A DNA stretch of 64,000 nt from Antedon mediterranea (taxonomy: Eukaryota > Animalia > Echinodermata). Both the position numbers and the translations under genes were made by a program. Location of the stretch: NCBI RefSeq assembly GCF_964355755.1, contig NC_092670.1, positions 11,270,795 to 11,334,794 on the forward strand, read 5' to 3'. Within the stretch, counting starts at the first letter, position 1. Each line of letters starts with the position of its first letter. Below are positions 51,101-64,000 of the stretch, one piece after another. The notes beneath the pieces are model-generated. The model was not told where the DNA came from. It worked only from the letters and a program-made list of their open reading frames with translations, and did not search any database.

Positions 51101-51478
51101 TACTTTTGGCCCAAGTTTGATTTTGTTCATCTTTATTTTTGTTTTGGGGACACTAAATCTTTAAATGCCTCAACAGATGGAGTTTGACAATAATTACAAG
51201 TTTAACTTTTTACAGACTCCAACTACTGTTCAATGCTTCAAGACTTAGCTGAAGAGCAGAACTTTGAAATACGTTATATTCCTATTGAGGAGACTAGTAT
51301 CAGTGGTCGTAGACAGTGTCTTGTACAACTAACCATGTCCCCAGGAAGTAACGCACCTCTGGCCGTCTGCATGGGCACAGCGGATACACTCGACCAGTCG
51401 AAGGCGGAGGCTGCCCTCAATGCTCTAAACTTCCTGAAAGTGCTGTCGACGAAGGGAATGCCAAGCGCAAATCAGTGA
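45132..51478 (+). CDS. TARBP2: TRBP/PACT/Loquacious-family dsRNA-binding protein (RISC-loading complex subunit; three dsRBDs)
   Basis: Coding exons 48437-48709 (dsRBD1 KTAVSVLQELCAK...PTFTIRCTVG...GHSKKSSKQAAAE), 49503-49657 and 50079-50218 (dsRBD2 NPVGELQEL...PDY...GPPHAKEFTM...GIAKSKRLAKRLAA), 50757-50877, and 51216-51478 (Medipal-type dsRBD3 LQDLAEEQNFEIRYIPIEE..SGRRQCLVQL...AALNALNFLK). A probable first exon ends at 45133 (...AATCAT|GTAAGT). TARBP2 versus PRKRA orthology cannot be resolved for an invertebrate gene. Confidence 0.88.
45295..45356 (-). mobile_element. Helitron/Helentron-type 3' terminus (second copy)
   Basis: CTAGATGGTACGCTCGCTTCGCTGGCGTACCATCTAG hairpin plus AGATGGTTCTCGAA, homologous to 38115-38177. 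Confidence 0.5.
45451..46190. mobile_element. Ginger-like foldback MITE in TRBP intron 1
   Basis: TGT...ACA termini; ~65-bp near-perfect TIR (TGTTATGCGCGATTTGAACGATTTGCGCAATTTGAAATTGCGC...); 4-bp TSD TAGA at 45447-45450 and 46191-46194; subterminal arrays of the palindromic GCGCAATTTNAAATTGCGC motif. Confidence 0.7.
46620..47664. repeat. ~250-bp direct duplication in TRBP intron 1
   Basis: 46652-46885 matches 47366-47612; the 47-bp AAATTCTA.AAGTAAGGCGCGATTTACCGAATTTTGCCCTTACGTAAAT occurs at 47317 and 47616. Confidence 0.75.
49666..49742. mobile_element. Internally deleted MITE family B hairpin beside a TRBP splice donor
   Basis: AGCTTGG-AATTGACCAATCACAAGC...GCTTGTGATTGGTCAATTC...CAAGCT, starting 8 nt into the intron. 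Confidence 0.6.
49801..49903. mobile_element. MITE family A copy (truncated)
   Basis: AGCTATGTCTACACTATCAAACTAGTTTG...GTGTGATGTGCCCAAATATG. Confidence 0.65.
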
Positions 51479-54400
51479 GAAATCGTTACAAAAGGTTACC
51501 CTCCCAAACTGATGTTGGCTGATGTCAACAGATTTGCCTACTGCCTAACAGGTGGTTGACAATATGTAGAAAATATCACAGCTACAAACCATGCCTTAGG
51601 GACAAGCTAGAGTAAAGAGCAAGATAAAATTAACCATTATTATTAAATTATTTCAGCTATTCAATATTGAATGTATTTATGTAAATGTGGAGATAAGAAA
51701 GTTTTAGTAACTTCAGATCATCAAAAAAGATGGAACTTTAAACAAAAATTTTGGGGGGAGACCATTGATTTGAAAGAAGGATTTAAAATCTTAATTATTC
51801 GGCCGAAATATTAATTAGCGCAACCCCTCTTTAATAATCTCCGCAATTTGTTTGTTGTTGAGTGCTTTCTTTATTGAATTTGTATATTTTTACTATAATG
51901 ATTGAATTTTCTTGTCCTTTACTCTATTGTCTAAAAAAAGCTGTGGCTAAATCATAGGTGTCATTTAGACAGCTACATAATACACAATATCAAATTTAAA
52001 TATTTTATTATGAATTCTAATTTCAGCTAATCGACGTTCCATCTGAGAATGAATGTTACATTTTAAGGATGGATGCTCAAGTCATTACTGTCAAATTTGT
52101 TTTCTGTGTTTATTGGATATTAAAATATAGCTTATTCAAATTTCAGCAAATCATTGACATCTATGAATGGATGTTTTATTTTTATGATGGATATACCACC
52201 TTGAAGTTGGTGAATCCAATAATTATTAGTGAGCTAACAAAATAAGCAATATTTCTTAACTATTTTTATGGCAAACATTAAATATGGCAATATATTGTGT
52301 ACTATGGAGCTCTTTAAATGGTGAATAGGGATTATTGTATTTATAAGATTACACTGTTCATTGGAAAATAAGAACATAAAGGTGGGTAGCAAAGGTCAAA
52401 GTTCATTGAATATTTTAAAATTACAAAACATTTTCCCTAATGTTCCCATTAAAGAAAAGTTAAAATACAATATAAATATTAAAAAGAAAAAATTAAATGA
52501 TCATGGAAAACGTTATCATTGAGAAAAAAAAAAACTTTTGGAAATAGATGATGAATTTTGGTCCGTGGTACCTTTAGTAGCGGTAGACCTTTCCAAATAA
52601 AAAACAATGATAATAATTTGAAAGTTGAAATGCCCAAGAAGAAGCAAAGGGTATTATGGGCAAGTGCCAGATGAATACTGGTAGAACGTTCATTTATAAA
52701 CGTTGTCGTTAGCAAAACGTGTGCATATGTGTTTTTAATTACAGATATTTTAAATATAAATGTTTTTATGGGCACTTGCAAAGAAGAAAAGGAAATTTTA
52801 AGATAATTCAGTTTTCAAAGAAAAATGTGTTGAACATACTAAAGTAGTTTTATTATCCAAATTTTAAGTGTTTTATAGAAATTTGTCATTATGAATAGAC
52901 ACTTATTAAAAGCAGAAATTTGAAATTTTTTTTTTACTACATAAGTAGCAAAAATTATTAAAACAATGTTGATTTAATTGTGTTGAATCAATTAAATTGT
53001 TCTAAAGAAATATAATTAGATTAATTCGGTTAATTAATTCATGCATATAAAATGCACAAAACTTTTTTGATTTATAATGACTAAATTTTAAAAAGATATT
53101 GTTTTTTTGTTTTGTATTCATTGGTGTTTCTTCATCAACCAAATCATGTCATCTAAGAAATTAAGTATACTACTGTGATTATGTTTTAAAACTGGATTTT
53201 AATAATAAATAATGCTAAAGTTTTTAGAAAAAAAACCTGTTATTGTAATAGGTAAACAAGAATCAGTGTCTTTAGAATAGGCCCTATTATATGTAAAAGT
53301 TGAAATGTAATTTAGTTAGTTTGATAAAGGTTTAGTCTAGCTTCATTTCAACTTATGGTAAAAAGATAAACATTTATGGCACACATGTAATACTTTTTTT
53401 TTTAACTATTACAAGACTTGGGGGAACTCTAGGTAAGGTTTAATATGTTGATACATAATATTTTAATTATATTAACATCACATTGTTTCACATAATATTC
53501 AAAAATTAATTTTAAACCACAATGGAATGTAAATGTACATTAATGTGGGTGGGGTATAACTGGACTGAATTGCGCACAGGTGTGAAAAGACACATCCAAC
53601 AACATTCTTCTCCCCTAAGGATCCCTTTATGTCGTACAACTGTTATTGCATCGTCTACAGGTTGAAATGAACCGGTATACTGAATTGTGCATATACTGTA
53701 CAAATATTATTTAAAACAGAAGTATGGAAGCTTAAAGTGACCTTCTGATTTACTAAACAAATTATCTTGGTATAACATGCAATCCCCTTCCAAATACTGT
53801 TGCATTATTGATCATTCTCGCTAAGACTAAAAGGAATAATACCACTAAATATTTATTGACTTTGAAACATTTTTGTATTGGGAAATATCTCATTGATTAA
53901 CATCTAATTAAAAAAAATGTCAAATATTCAAAAGAAACAACCCTGTATTTATGTAACTTAAGTGAAATACTTTGTATTTAAGTGAAATTTCTTGCTTAAG
54001 TGCAATTTTGACTACACTTACAAACTCCAAACATCAGAATGTTCTTCCCAGTTGAAATTATAATAATAATAATAAAGTTGGACGAGGGTGTCTGGTTTGG
54101 GAGAGTTGACTGCGCCAAAATATACAAGGAAATGAAAACAGAAAAAAAACTTTGCCAATTTTATGTTTAAAGAGTATTTCACAATTGTTTTGATTTAGAC
54201 TGATGTGTTGGGAGATATTAACATGAAACAGGATCATTAACATCTTAAGATAAAAATGTTCTATTCAGTATGCATGCATTATGTAGTTAGTAGTACATTG
54301 TAGTAACTAGTGTATACTGTACCACTTAAAGTGACAAATTGAGTGTTGTAGTTACAATAAAATGAATAAAATGTTTTATTGTAGGACAAGAAGATGATCC

Positions 54401-55934
54401 AATAATGTGTTTGTTTTTTTTTTTTTTTATTTTATTTCCGCCAAAAAATGTCACCTTTGCTGTTTGCATGTTAAAACTAAGTTAAAATCAATAAACAGCA
54501 GTGGAATTTTTATTTTGTTTTTCTGTACTCGTATAGTCCAGGTTGTAGACGGCAAATCGGCTTAACATTTTGGCACACAGGGGCCCCCAATGCAGCTACC
54601 CAGTGTTGGAGGACCTCTTAGGAGTGCCAAATTGTGCTAAACATTTTCGCTGTTTGCTAAAACTTAGTGTGTAATTTAATTTGTTTTTCTGTACTTGTTT
54701 TGTCTATGTTGTTGACGATTCTGTATAACATTTTGGCACATATAGCGTATCATAACTATGCAAAAGTGCTATAAAACAACTATTGAGCGCTTACTGGCTA
54801 AACACAGGGGCCTCCCAATGCAGTTACCCAGTGTTGGAGGGCCCTTAGGAGTGCTAAATTGGGGTACTTTTCCCATTGTTCTACGTGAAAAAAACCAATA
54901 ATGAGTCTAGTACTTGTAGAACTTGTTAAACCAGCCGCATAAAACAAAACAAAAATATACAGTAGTTTATATTGAGTTTATTAATTCATTGAAGTTCACA
55001 TGCAAATATTGACAGGCTTGATAAAATTATATTTACAAAATCTGTAATTTTAATTTTATTTATTTATTGCATAAATTTTACATGAAAAATATTGAAAGAA
55101 AAAAAGTTGTATGTACAAAATATGCACAATTTTATTGACTTCATTTTTACATTAAAACAAATATTACATTTCAGAAGTGACAGATTGTATACAGATTGTA
55201 GAAAACATGCATGACAAAATAATAAGAAAAATGAATGAATGTATTGGACTGATTGGGATAGGAATTTGGAAAAAAATAATAATTTAAAAAAAAATTCATT
55301 TTAGTCATTTATGCATTTATTTTTTCTTTATTTGTTGCATTATCCATCCACTATTCATTCATTCTCTATCAGTCTCATTTTTTCATCCATCCATCCATCG
55401 AATACTTCACTGATTATTGTTTATTCTTTAACGTATACATGGTATACAAACATATTGGGTGTGTATGTACAGTATAATATGTTTTGTTGCCTCCTTTTAC
55501 ATATATTTGCAGGTACAAGCATACAAGAAAGTTATATATTGATTTCCCATCACAAGCTTTCATTTTGGGACGATAGCCAGGTAGAAGGTAATTTAACCAT
55601 GACAAGTGGAATGTTTATTACATCTACATTCCATAACTGTCACAGTCTTATTAAACTACTTATGTTTACCTTCCCAAAGTTAAAGCCACACAAAACAGAT
55701 TTTCACTGGCTTACAATAGGAAAACGTATTTGTGACGAATTCATTCGTTATCACTTTTGTAAGAAACCTCCCTACGACTTAGACCGCTTTTATTTGACCT
55801 TTCTTGTATAATACAGATACAATAGGCCTATCATCTGTCATAACATCCAGTAGGCCTAATCATTTAATGTCTCACTTATTTTCAATAGCACACATTCTTT
55901 GTTTTAAAATTTGCTGATATTATGAAACTGACTT

Positions 55935-58900
55935 TCATATATCTTCCTGAAACAACTTCTTACAATCAGCGCCCTCTGCGGTTGACCTTTCCGATATATC
56001 TTCCGTCCCATCAGCCTCCAATCTTTTAACATTCATTTCTGTATTGCCACTAGTTTTCTCACCTTCATTCGATTCACAATTTTCACTAATAGCCAATTTC
56101 TGTAAAGAGTTTCTTACATAGACATCAAGGCTATTATCAGTAGACGATCGTTTTAAAGGCTTGCGTTTTTCAAATTCTTCTAGTACGTCCAATTCCGGCA
56201 GACTTCTCAATATAGATAGGGATCCGGAATCGCTGCAAGGAGATGTTGGTGCGGAAGAAAAGTAGTCCGAATCACATGAAGCAGAATCACTTATAGAATC
56301 ATTGTCTAAAAAGAAAAAAGTATTACGCATTAAATAAATATTATTCAATAAACATTCTAAAACAACTAGGCTACATGTAACATAAAGCATTTTTAATTGA
56401 GATATATTGTAATGGCAATGGACTTCATTGTATAGAAATGGGTAGACGAAATTATTTTATATTGTAGTCACGGAAAACCATGACAACACTATCAACAAAA
56501 AGTCAAACAATCATCTATAATTAAAAGACAATCACTTGAATAAGCATAGATAATCACTTCAAAGCTCCCTACCAATAGGAAAGAAAAAAACAACTAAACC
56601 TCAACTAATAGTGGAACAATTATTGTACTTAACACTTAATTGTTATGCGGTAGGATTTATTAATGAACTTGAATTCCCTTTAGTGATGTACTAGACAAAT
56701 GTAGGCTCTATTGTTTTAAACCAATACAATTTAAAAGCATTTTGGCAACAGATTAAGACTCTGTTTTACTGCATTTTTTAAATTTGCAGAATAATGTATT
56801 GTTTGTGTTTTACTAGTGATGTACTGAGACACATTTCTATATTGTTGTTTTAAACCAATACTAAATTTAAAAGCAATTTGGCATCAGATTGATCATGGAG
56901 GAATTAAGGCTCTGTTTTATTGCATGTTTTAAACTTGCAGAACAATGTATTGTTTGTGGTTTAGTAGGCCTAGTCAGTTTCTTTAAATTGCTTTATTGTT
57001 TTCCCTACCTTTATTACAGTATTACCAGAACAATTTGTGGTATCATTTGTTTTTTAAACTGCTAAACCCCCAGCAAACTATTTTATCTCAGTATCCTGAA
57101 AATTGATTCTAATATTTGTATTTCATTTTGAAAATTGTATTTTTTTATCAGTAAATATTATCATTGTTTTGTTTAAAATATGGGAAATCTTAAAAATGTT
57201 GAAAAGATTCTAGGAAAATTTACAAATATTGGTTAATCAAATTATCTAACAAAATGTATTAGTAAATTTGCATTTATTAAGTATAAATTAATTTAAAGGA
57301 CAATTAGCTTAGGGAGGTCCAGTAATAGGAAAAACATATACTTTAGCCCCCCACTTATGTATACATTATTTTTCATATTCTCTACGCCATGTGAATTAGC
57401 CACGTTTATGATTATGGTTGACCATTGCTTATAAGAGGCAAATTTCCACTGACAACCGTAACTGATTTCATCCAAAAAAGAAAAATAATTTCATTTATTA
57501 TTCTTTTTGGTGGTACAAGCTTAACTTTCAGAAAGCATATGGTGGAATTGAACCATTGAAGCATTGGTAGCCGAGTATCTTAACCGCCAAAAAGTATTAA
57601 AATCTTCACGAATAAAACGGCAAGTTTTAACAGAAGAAAGACCTTTTGGTATACTACTCATTGTTAGTCTCTGAAAAGGTTAAGCTATCATACAGATTTG
57701 TTTTGGTCTTTTGATGACATATAAATACCAGATTAATTTAAAATAACCTGAAACCCACACAGCTCAAGAAGTTGATGAGTTTACCATGAACACTCACAAC
57801 CTTAACCTATATAATAAACTAAAGGGCTTCTTGAAACTTGTTTATAATCATATTGAATTTTATAAAAAATTATAACAGCATTTTACTGTAGGCCTAGATA
57901 TCAAGGGAGATTTTACAATTGCTCAATAGATAAGCGATGAAATCAATGCAGTCTACAGTATAGTGGAAGAACAAATTTGTTCAGAATTATGAAGATATGC
58001 GGATCGCAGATCGTACACTTACTGAATCTGAGATACAACCATTACTATTAACAATTGATCCAATTATTGCATCACAACCAACTTAAACTACATGGATCTT
58101 GATAAACTTTGTTTAATTTGCCACAGATTAATTTGCCTATAGACTGATTTTTATTTAAATTTTCTTTCTTATAAATCAGTAGTCCCTAGGTTTTAAGGAC
58201 TGGTTTCTTGTTTGTAGACCATTGCTTAATCATATAAAAAATCTATTTTCTGGCTGTATTGAATATAATTTTACTTTAATTTGTGAAATTTTTAGTTTTT
58301 CTTTTTGTAACTTACCATCATTGAATTTAATTTCTAAGCTGTCTGCCTCGCTTCCAAATGAGCCTTCTAGACTGTCTTCCCCAACACCTGCTTCGCGAGG
58401 TCCCAATGGAAGGCTAAACTGCCTCTTTTCATGGATTTCTTCTGAAATTTGTTCTAATCTGACCAAGGCGTTCCTGTACGCTTGCTTCCTGTCCACCAGT
58501 AGCTTCTGTATATCGATCACCTCTTGTTTAATTTTTAGAAGTTGCGTTTCAAATTGATACTTCTGCTCGTAATAAATTCTGAAAATGAATGTATTTAAAG
58601 TGTTAGTTATATCCATAATAATGGTTTCTAAACCTTTGCATAACAGATGTTATTACATAATGGATGGATCTCTGTATAGAATATGTTTAAAGTGTCATTT
58701 CTATCCATATAAAGGATTCTGAGCCTCAGATATCGCTTTAATAATAATGTCATGGATGGATCTTATTATGGATTCTCAGCCATTAAAGTGTGATTTTGCA
58801 ATACTTTTAAAAACATTTGATTAAATTACCTTGACTTGGCAATTGATTTGCTATACTTTTTCTTCAGTTGTTCACTTCTTCTCTGTGCTATGTTGTAAGT

Positions 58901-61900
58901 TGCTGCTTTCTCAAGGTGTGTTTTTTCACTTTCTTTACGTTCTTTCTCAGCAGCATTTAACTGTGAATCAAACATATTATTTTAGCATTAAGAAATATGA
59001 TTTTAAAATAATATAACCATTGTTCAATTCAATTAAATTGTATACGCTACTGATGCCATCAAGGGCAAATCCGCATAACCAGACAAAACAATATTATATA
59101 AATACATAATAAAAAAAAAACAATTGAAAAATGACATTATATGGGAGGACAGAAGTCAATAGGTCTCATAGGCAAGAGAGAGGGATTCGACCACATCCCC
59201 TTCAACAAAAAGTTTTGCAGGGGGGTGAATATTGAGTACCAAAATATTGATTGATTACAAAGATGATGGTGATATATTATGGCAGTACCTGGTGTTTAGG
59301 GGCAATTGAACTATGACCTTGTTTACTGTAACACTTTACAGTACAAAGCTCTATAGATTTGATAAGTTATCTTGTTTATTCTGCATGTCGATTATTGATT
59401 GAAGTTATACTACTTGTACATCTTGTGTACATTATACAGTTCTTTTATTATATTGTGTGTGATGGTTTCATTCTATTGCGAACTGTGTTTAAATAAAATG
59501 AGAACATATGACAAAAGATCTGTGTGGTTGTAACTATATTAATGTCAGCTACTTCAATGCTGGAGTATTTATTTTATACAAACACAAACCTAAGGCCTAC
59601 TGTAGACACACATTTTAGTGCATGGGCATGTACTGTCAGAAAGGCAAGAAAAAATGGAATTTTAAAGTTTGTTTTACTGTAACTGTAATAAAATAGACTT
59701 GATGTGACAAAAAATGTGATGTGCCAATATACAGACATGATGATGTCATATCACTATAATATTTGGGCATCACTACCATATTCGGGCATATCAAAATATT
59801 TTTGTCAAACTATAGTTTGATAGTGTAGACAGAGCTTTATGGTTAACTATCCAGTCTATTATTTTATTAAGGATGCATGAGGTTTAAGTAACGAGGTCAA
59901 GTATTAAAGTGTGAAATATACACATATTGATAATGTGGTAACTTCACTTCCTATTGTTTCCTGATGAATTCTGAGAATATAGTTAAATATTAAAACTAGG
60001 TGTGAAAAGTATAATTCAGTTGACCGGGCTTGACTGTGAAAAACCGTCTTTAACATTTAAAAAAAACATGACTTGCCATGTGTAAGTGCATGGCCTATAA
60101 ACAGCTAGCACTTAGTTATGGTACGCCACTACATACTTTATGCGAACTGTCAATGTAACGCAAAATCCTGGTTTGTAGGCCTACATGTTTTTACCAAGAA
60201 CCGGAAATCTGCTTTAATGTAAACTGTAACTGATAATATGTAATATCACTATATAGAATCCTATACTGGACATTACTTACCTTTCCAGTAGCGTGATTTA
60301 GCATTTCTTGCAGAGCACTATCAAATTCTCTGGTCTTGTTCCCTGTCACTGATGCTTCCTCTGCAAGTGCTATAGTCTCCTTTGCCAGTTGACAAACGCC
60401 AACTGCTTTTTGATATTTGCTAACCGATTCCTGCACTGCTCTTTGGGCCTGAAATATGGAAAGAAAAATCTATTATTGAATTAAATAAAGTAAAGGCCTG
60501 ATAACATTTTAATAAAATGAGGAAATTAAACAGAAGGTATACATGTAAAATTCCAAAACCAAAGTTGCTTATTAATTGTAATTAAAGGTCTTTTTAAGTA
60601 AAATCAATTTTTTAGAATTTGAACACCCCAAGGGTACAGTTTTGGGGCAGGTTGACCGTTCTGTAACGGAAACCTCAACCTGGCAGATTACAAACCCACA
60701 AAATTGATTGGGAGTCAGGGTTACAAATGGCTGAACCAATCCAAACCTTCAAATACAATTTTATATACCTACCGTACATGTTTCTCCTCTCGCTTGATAA
60801 TAGAGTAATGCTCTATTTACAGTTTTCCCACAATACTTTGCAGTTAATTGTAAACTTGTTTTACAATCCGCCAATGTTGTTCGGAAAAAATTTCTTTGAT
60901 CCTGGAAAAGATCATTTTTTTCAAAATTTTTATCAATAAAATATAAATATCATTTTATGAAAATTAGAGGTCAACACTGGATAACAAAGATAGCAGAGAC
61001 AAAAATACAAATTACAACATGTTGCGATAAACTTGACAATACCTATTTACTTTTTATCAGTTCTAGACAATATTTGCGATAACAATATTATTAATATTGT
61101 ACCCTGGTACAAATTAAACAAACAGAAAAGATAAGAATTGCAATTAGTTTTGCAAGTATATGTTAATTAGTACATTTGTATTTTTTAATGTTGATCTATG
61201 ATCCGTTAAGAAAAATACTAAAGGCTAAGATCCTAACTTGTCTTAAATAAAATCATTGAAAATTCCTATCTTTATAACATTATGTATGAAAATTCCTGAG
61301 CTAGCACCATTTTAGGAAGGGGCTTATTTATGCTCATTCTGCTTTATCACTACCAAAAATAAGTGGGGATATGATCAATGTTGTGGCAAAGGTTTACTTT
61401 TTATAATAAACAATATAAATGTTATACCCTGAGTTACCCTTTAAGCTAATAATTTAGGGAAATAAATTATAGTGTTACCAGTGGAAGGGAGGAAATGTCA
61501 GTTGGCCACTAATGGACACCAACACGGAAGTTTAAAACCAAGGTTGGTAATAATAAAGTGTACTATCAAAACATTACAGCGGAGATGAGACTATGGCTAT
61601 TCAATTCAGGAAGCACTGGGATTTACATGGAAAGTACATTCCCAGTGGAAGAGGAGTTACAATTATTATAACAATATTAATAAAAGATAGGATCTTTTAT
61701 TATACTGCGAAGAAAAAAATGGAATATAAACATATAGAGTCTTGTGCTGCGACTGTTGGGTGGTCTATAACCGAAAATCGGAGCACTGCCCTTTTTAATG
61801 GCCTAAAATTTGAATCAATATGGAAACAATGGATTAATTATAAAACAACAAATGTTTTGTATTGCATTTGATATATAGGACATTCCATCTTTTTACTCTT

Positions 61901-63926
61901 AAAATATTTCCTCCATTTACCTCATGAATATTAGTTAAATTAAATACAATAACATGTAACCAGTATCATATGTTCAAAGACAGTTTTACGTTCAAAGACA
62001 GTATCATACGTTCAAAGAGAGTTTTACGTTTAAAGACAGTATAATACATTCAAATACGTTCATAGACAGTATCATACGTTCAAAGACAGTATCATACGTT
62101 CAAACACAGTTTTACGTTGAAAGACAGTATAATACATTCAAAGACAGTATCATACGTTCCAAGACAGTTCTACGTTTAAAGACAGTATAATACATTCAAA
62201 GACAGTATAATACGTTCAAAGACAGTATCATACGTTCAAAGACAGTATCATACGTTCAAAGACAGTATCATACGTTCAAAGACAGTATCATACGTTCAAA
62301 GACAGTTTTACGTTTAAAGACAGTATAATACATTCAAAGACAGTATCATACGTTCAAAGACAGTATCATACGTTCAAAGACAGTTTTACATTCAAAGACA
62401 GTATCATAAGTTCAAAGACAGTTTTACGTTAAAAGACAGTATAATACATTCAAAGACAGTATCATACGTTCTAAGACAGTATCATACTTTCAAAGACAGT
62501 ATAATATGTTCAAAGACAGTATCATACGTTCAAAGACAGTTTTACGTTTAAAGACAGTATAATACATTCAAAGACAGTATCATACGTTAAAAGACAGTAT
62601 CATACGTTCAAAGACAGTTTTACGTTTAAAGACAGTATAATACATTCAAAGACAGTGTCATACTTTCAAAGACAGTATCATACTTTCAAAGACAGTATCA
62701 TACTTTCAAAGACAGTATCATACTTTCAAAGACAGTATCATACTTTCAAAGACAGTATATATGTTCAAAGACAGTATATATGTTCAAAGACAGTATCATA
62801 CTTTCAAAGACAGTATCATACTTTCAAAGACAGTATATATGTTTAAAGACAGGATGTTCAAAGACAGTATAACATGTTCAAAGACAGTATCAAACGTTGA
62901 AAGTTTGTAAACAATCCAACCATGGACCTATAAATTATGATCCGACACAAAATGTAAATTTGTTCTGTTTAATGGTTTCATGGTATGTTGTAATGAAATG
63001 GAAAACTCATCATAACTAATACGTCATCCACAATTATGTGTTTTTCAGATTTCCTATTTTATGAATTCTAAAGAAATTTAAACCATTAGGATATGGTTTC
63101 TATTAATAATCTAAAATACATTCAAATATTTTCATTGATTTAAATTTTCGACACTAATTACTTTTCAATTAAATTGGTGGTTTCATAAAAACGTTTAATG
63201 ATTTTGGCAAATAAAACAAAAATATCAAACGACACAAAAAGAAATGTTTGCGTGGCCTCTATAAAGGCTTACTTTTGTGAAAGAAAAGAAAAGAAAGAGG
63301 AAGGGGAAGTTAAAATTACAAGATTCACTTCTTTAACAAAACATTAAACATAAAGAGTAAATTTTAGTGTCAATGCAATGAACATTAAACATTAAGAGTT
63401 AATTTTAGTGTAAAAAATACACTGAACAATTAAACATAAAGAGTGAATTTTAGTGTAAAATACACTGAACATTAAACATAAAGAGTGAATTATAGTGTAA
63501 AATGCACTGAACATTAAAATGCTGTTTAAACACACTCAGAGTAGATGCAATTATACTTTTTAAACTTCAGTGTGATTTTGTTAACTACAGTATATTGACA
63601 TAAGAGTACTGTATTTTCGATCAAGAATTTAAGGGAATACTCCAACATTGACAAATTTACAAGTTAAAAGGACCTTCCTCTACCGATCATCAAAACTCTA
63701 GAATAACCTCCTTATTTATGCCAAAATTACCAATTAATGAATTTAGAAGTATTTATAAGCAATTTTTAGTATTTAAAGTAACTTGATTGATTGAGTATCA
63801 CATATTAGAAGCTGACATAGAAATGAAATAACCTTGGCTTTGAATTACAGTATTAACACTTACCTCCAATTTCTTTTCATATACATTAATGTCTTCTGAA
63901 GATGTATTAAGAACCTCTAACTCCTC
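55935..63926 (-). CDS. SH3BP5: SH3 domain-binding protein 5 (SH3BP5/parcas, Rab11 GEF)-like, 3' part; 5' end beyond the right edge
   Basis: Phase-compatible exons 63926-63864 (EELEVLNTSSEDINVYEKKLE), 60901-60773, 60448-60281 (AKETIALAE...FDSALQEMLNHATGK), 58960-58830 (...KKKYSKSIAKSR), 58578-58316 (YYEQK...YRNALVRLEQISEEIHEKR...LGPREAGVG) and 56305-55935 (Ser-rich tail, stop). The motifs are typical of the SH3BP5 coiled-coil domain. Confidence 0.88.
59697..59836. mobile_element. MITE family A copy
   Basis: ...GTGATGTGCCAATAT...AGTTTGATAGTGTAGACAGAGCT followed by TTA. Confidence 0.68.
61961..62895. repeat. 18/20-bp minisatellite (~45 copies) in an SH3BP5 intron
   Basis: Head-to-tail GTTCAAAGACAGTATCATAC units with 18-bp GTTCAAAGACAGTTTTAC variants and no unique spacers. 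Confidence 0.95.
63340..63520. repeat. ~40-bp tandem repeat, about 4.5 copies
   Basis: ACATTAAACATAAAGAGTGAATTTTAGTGTAAAATACACTGA units. Confidence 0.85.
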
Positions 63927-64000
63927 CTGGAATTTAAATAAAAACTCATTTACGATCAAGAATTTATGGGAATTATATACAAATGTTTTATGTAACAAAG

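Noticed and set aside
55311-55811. 166-aa plus-strand ORF
   Set aside because: Low-complexity and antisense to the SH3BP5 3' UTR, with no domain signal.
61961-62895. CRISPR-like array
   Set aside because: Units are head-to-tail with no unique spacers, there are no cas genes, and the context is a eukaryotic intron.

Overview
AT-rich, intron-containing animal (invertebrate, possibly echinoderm-like) genomic DNA, not prokaryotic. Five spliced protein-coding genes can be rebuilt from GT-AG junctions. (1) The 5' part of a DNHD1-like dynein heavy chain domain gene on the minus strand, running off the left edge. (2, 3) Two intact tandem 8-coding-exon asparagine synthetase (glutamine-hydrolysing) paralogs on the plus strand; both keep the glutaminase and ATP-binding motifs but share substitutions in motifs linked to aspartate binding. 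(4) A three-dsRBD TRBP/PACT/Loquacious-family gene on the plus strand. (5) The 3' part of SH3BP5 on the minus strand, running off the right edge. Introns and intergenic DNA are dense in mobile DNA: a truncated Academ (XPG-type) transposon between the ASNS copies, several Helentron/DINE-1-like non-autonomous elements (one carrying a tandem array of tRNA-Val(AAC)-derived units), a 4.7-kb Mutator/foldback-like element with a degenerate 9-bp TSD directly in front of the probable first TRBP exon, plus Harbinger-, hAT-, Kolobok-, Ginger- and MULE-type MITEs, LINE and SINE remnants and minisatellites. No CRISPR array or clearly new multi-gene system is evident. The best leads are the possibly neofunctionalised ASNS pair, the tRNA-carrying rolling-circle element and the TE-rewired TRBP promoter. 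Family assignments come from remembered motifs, not database searches.
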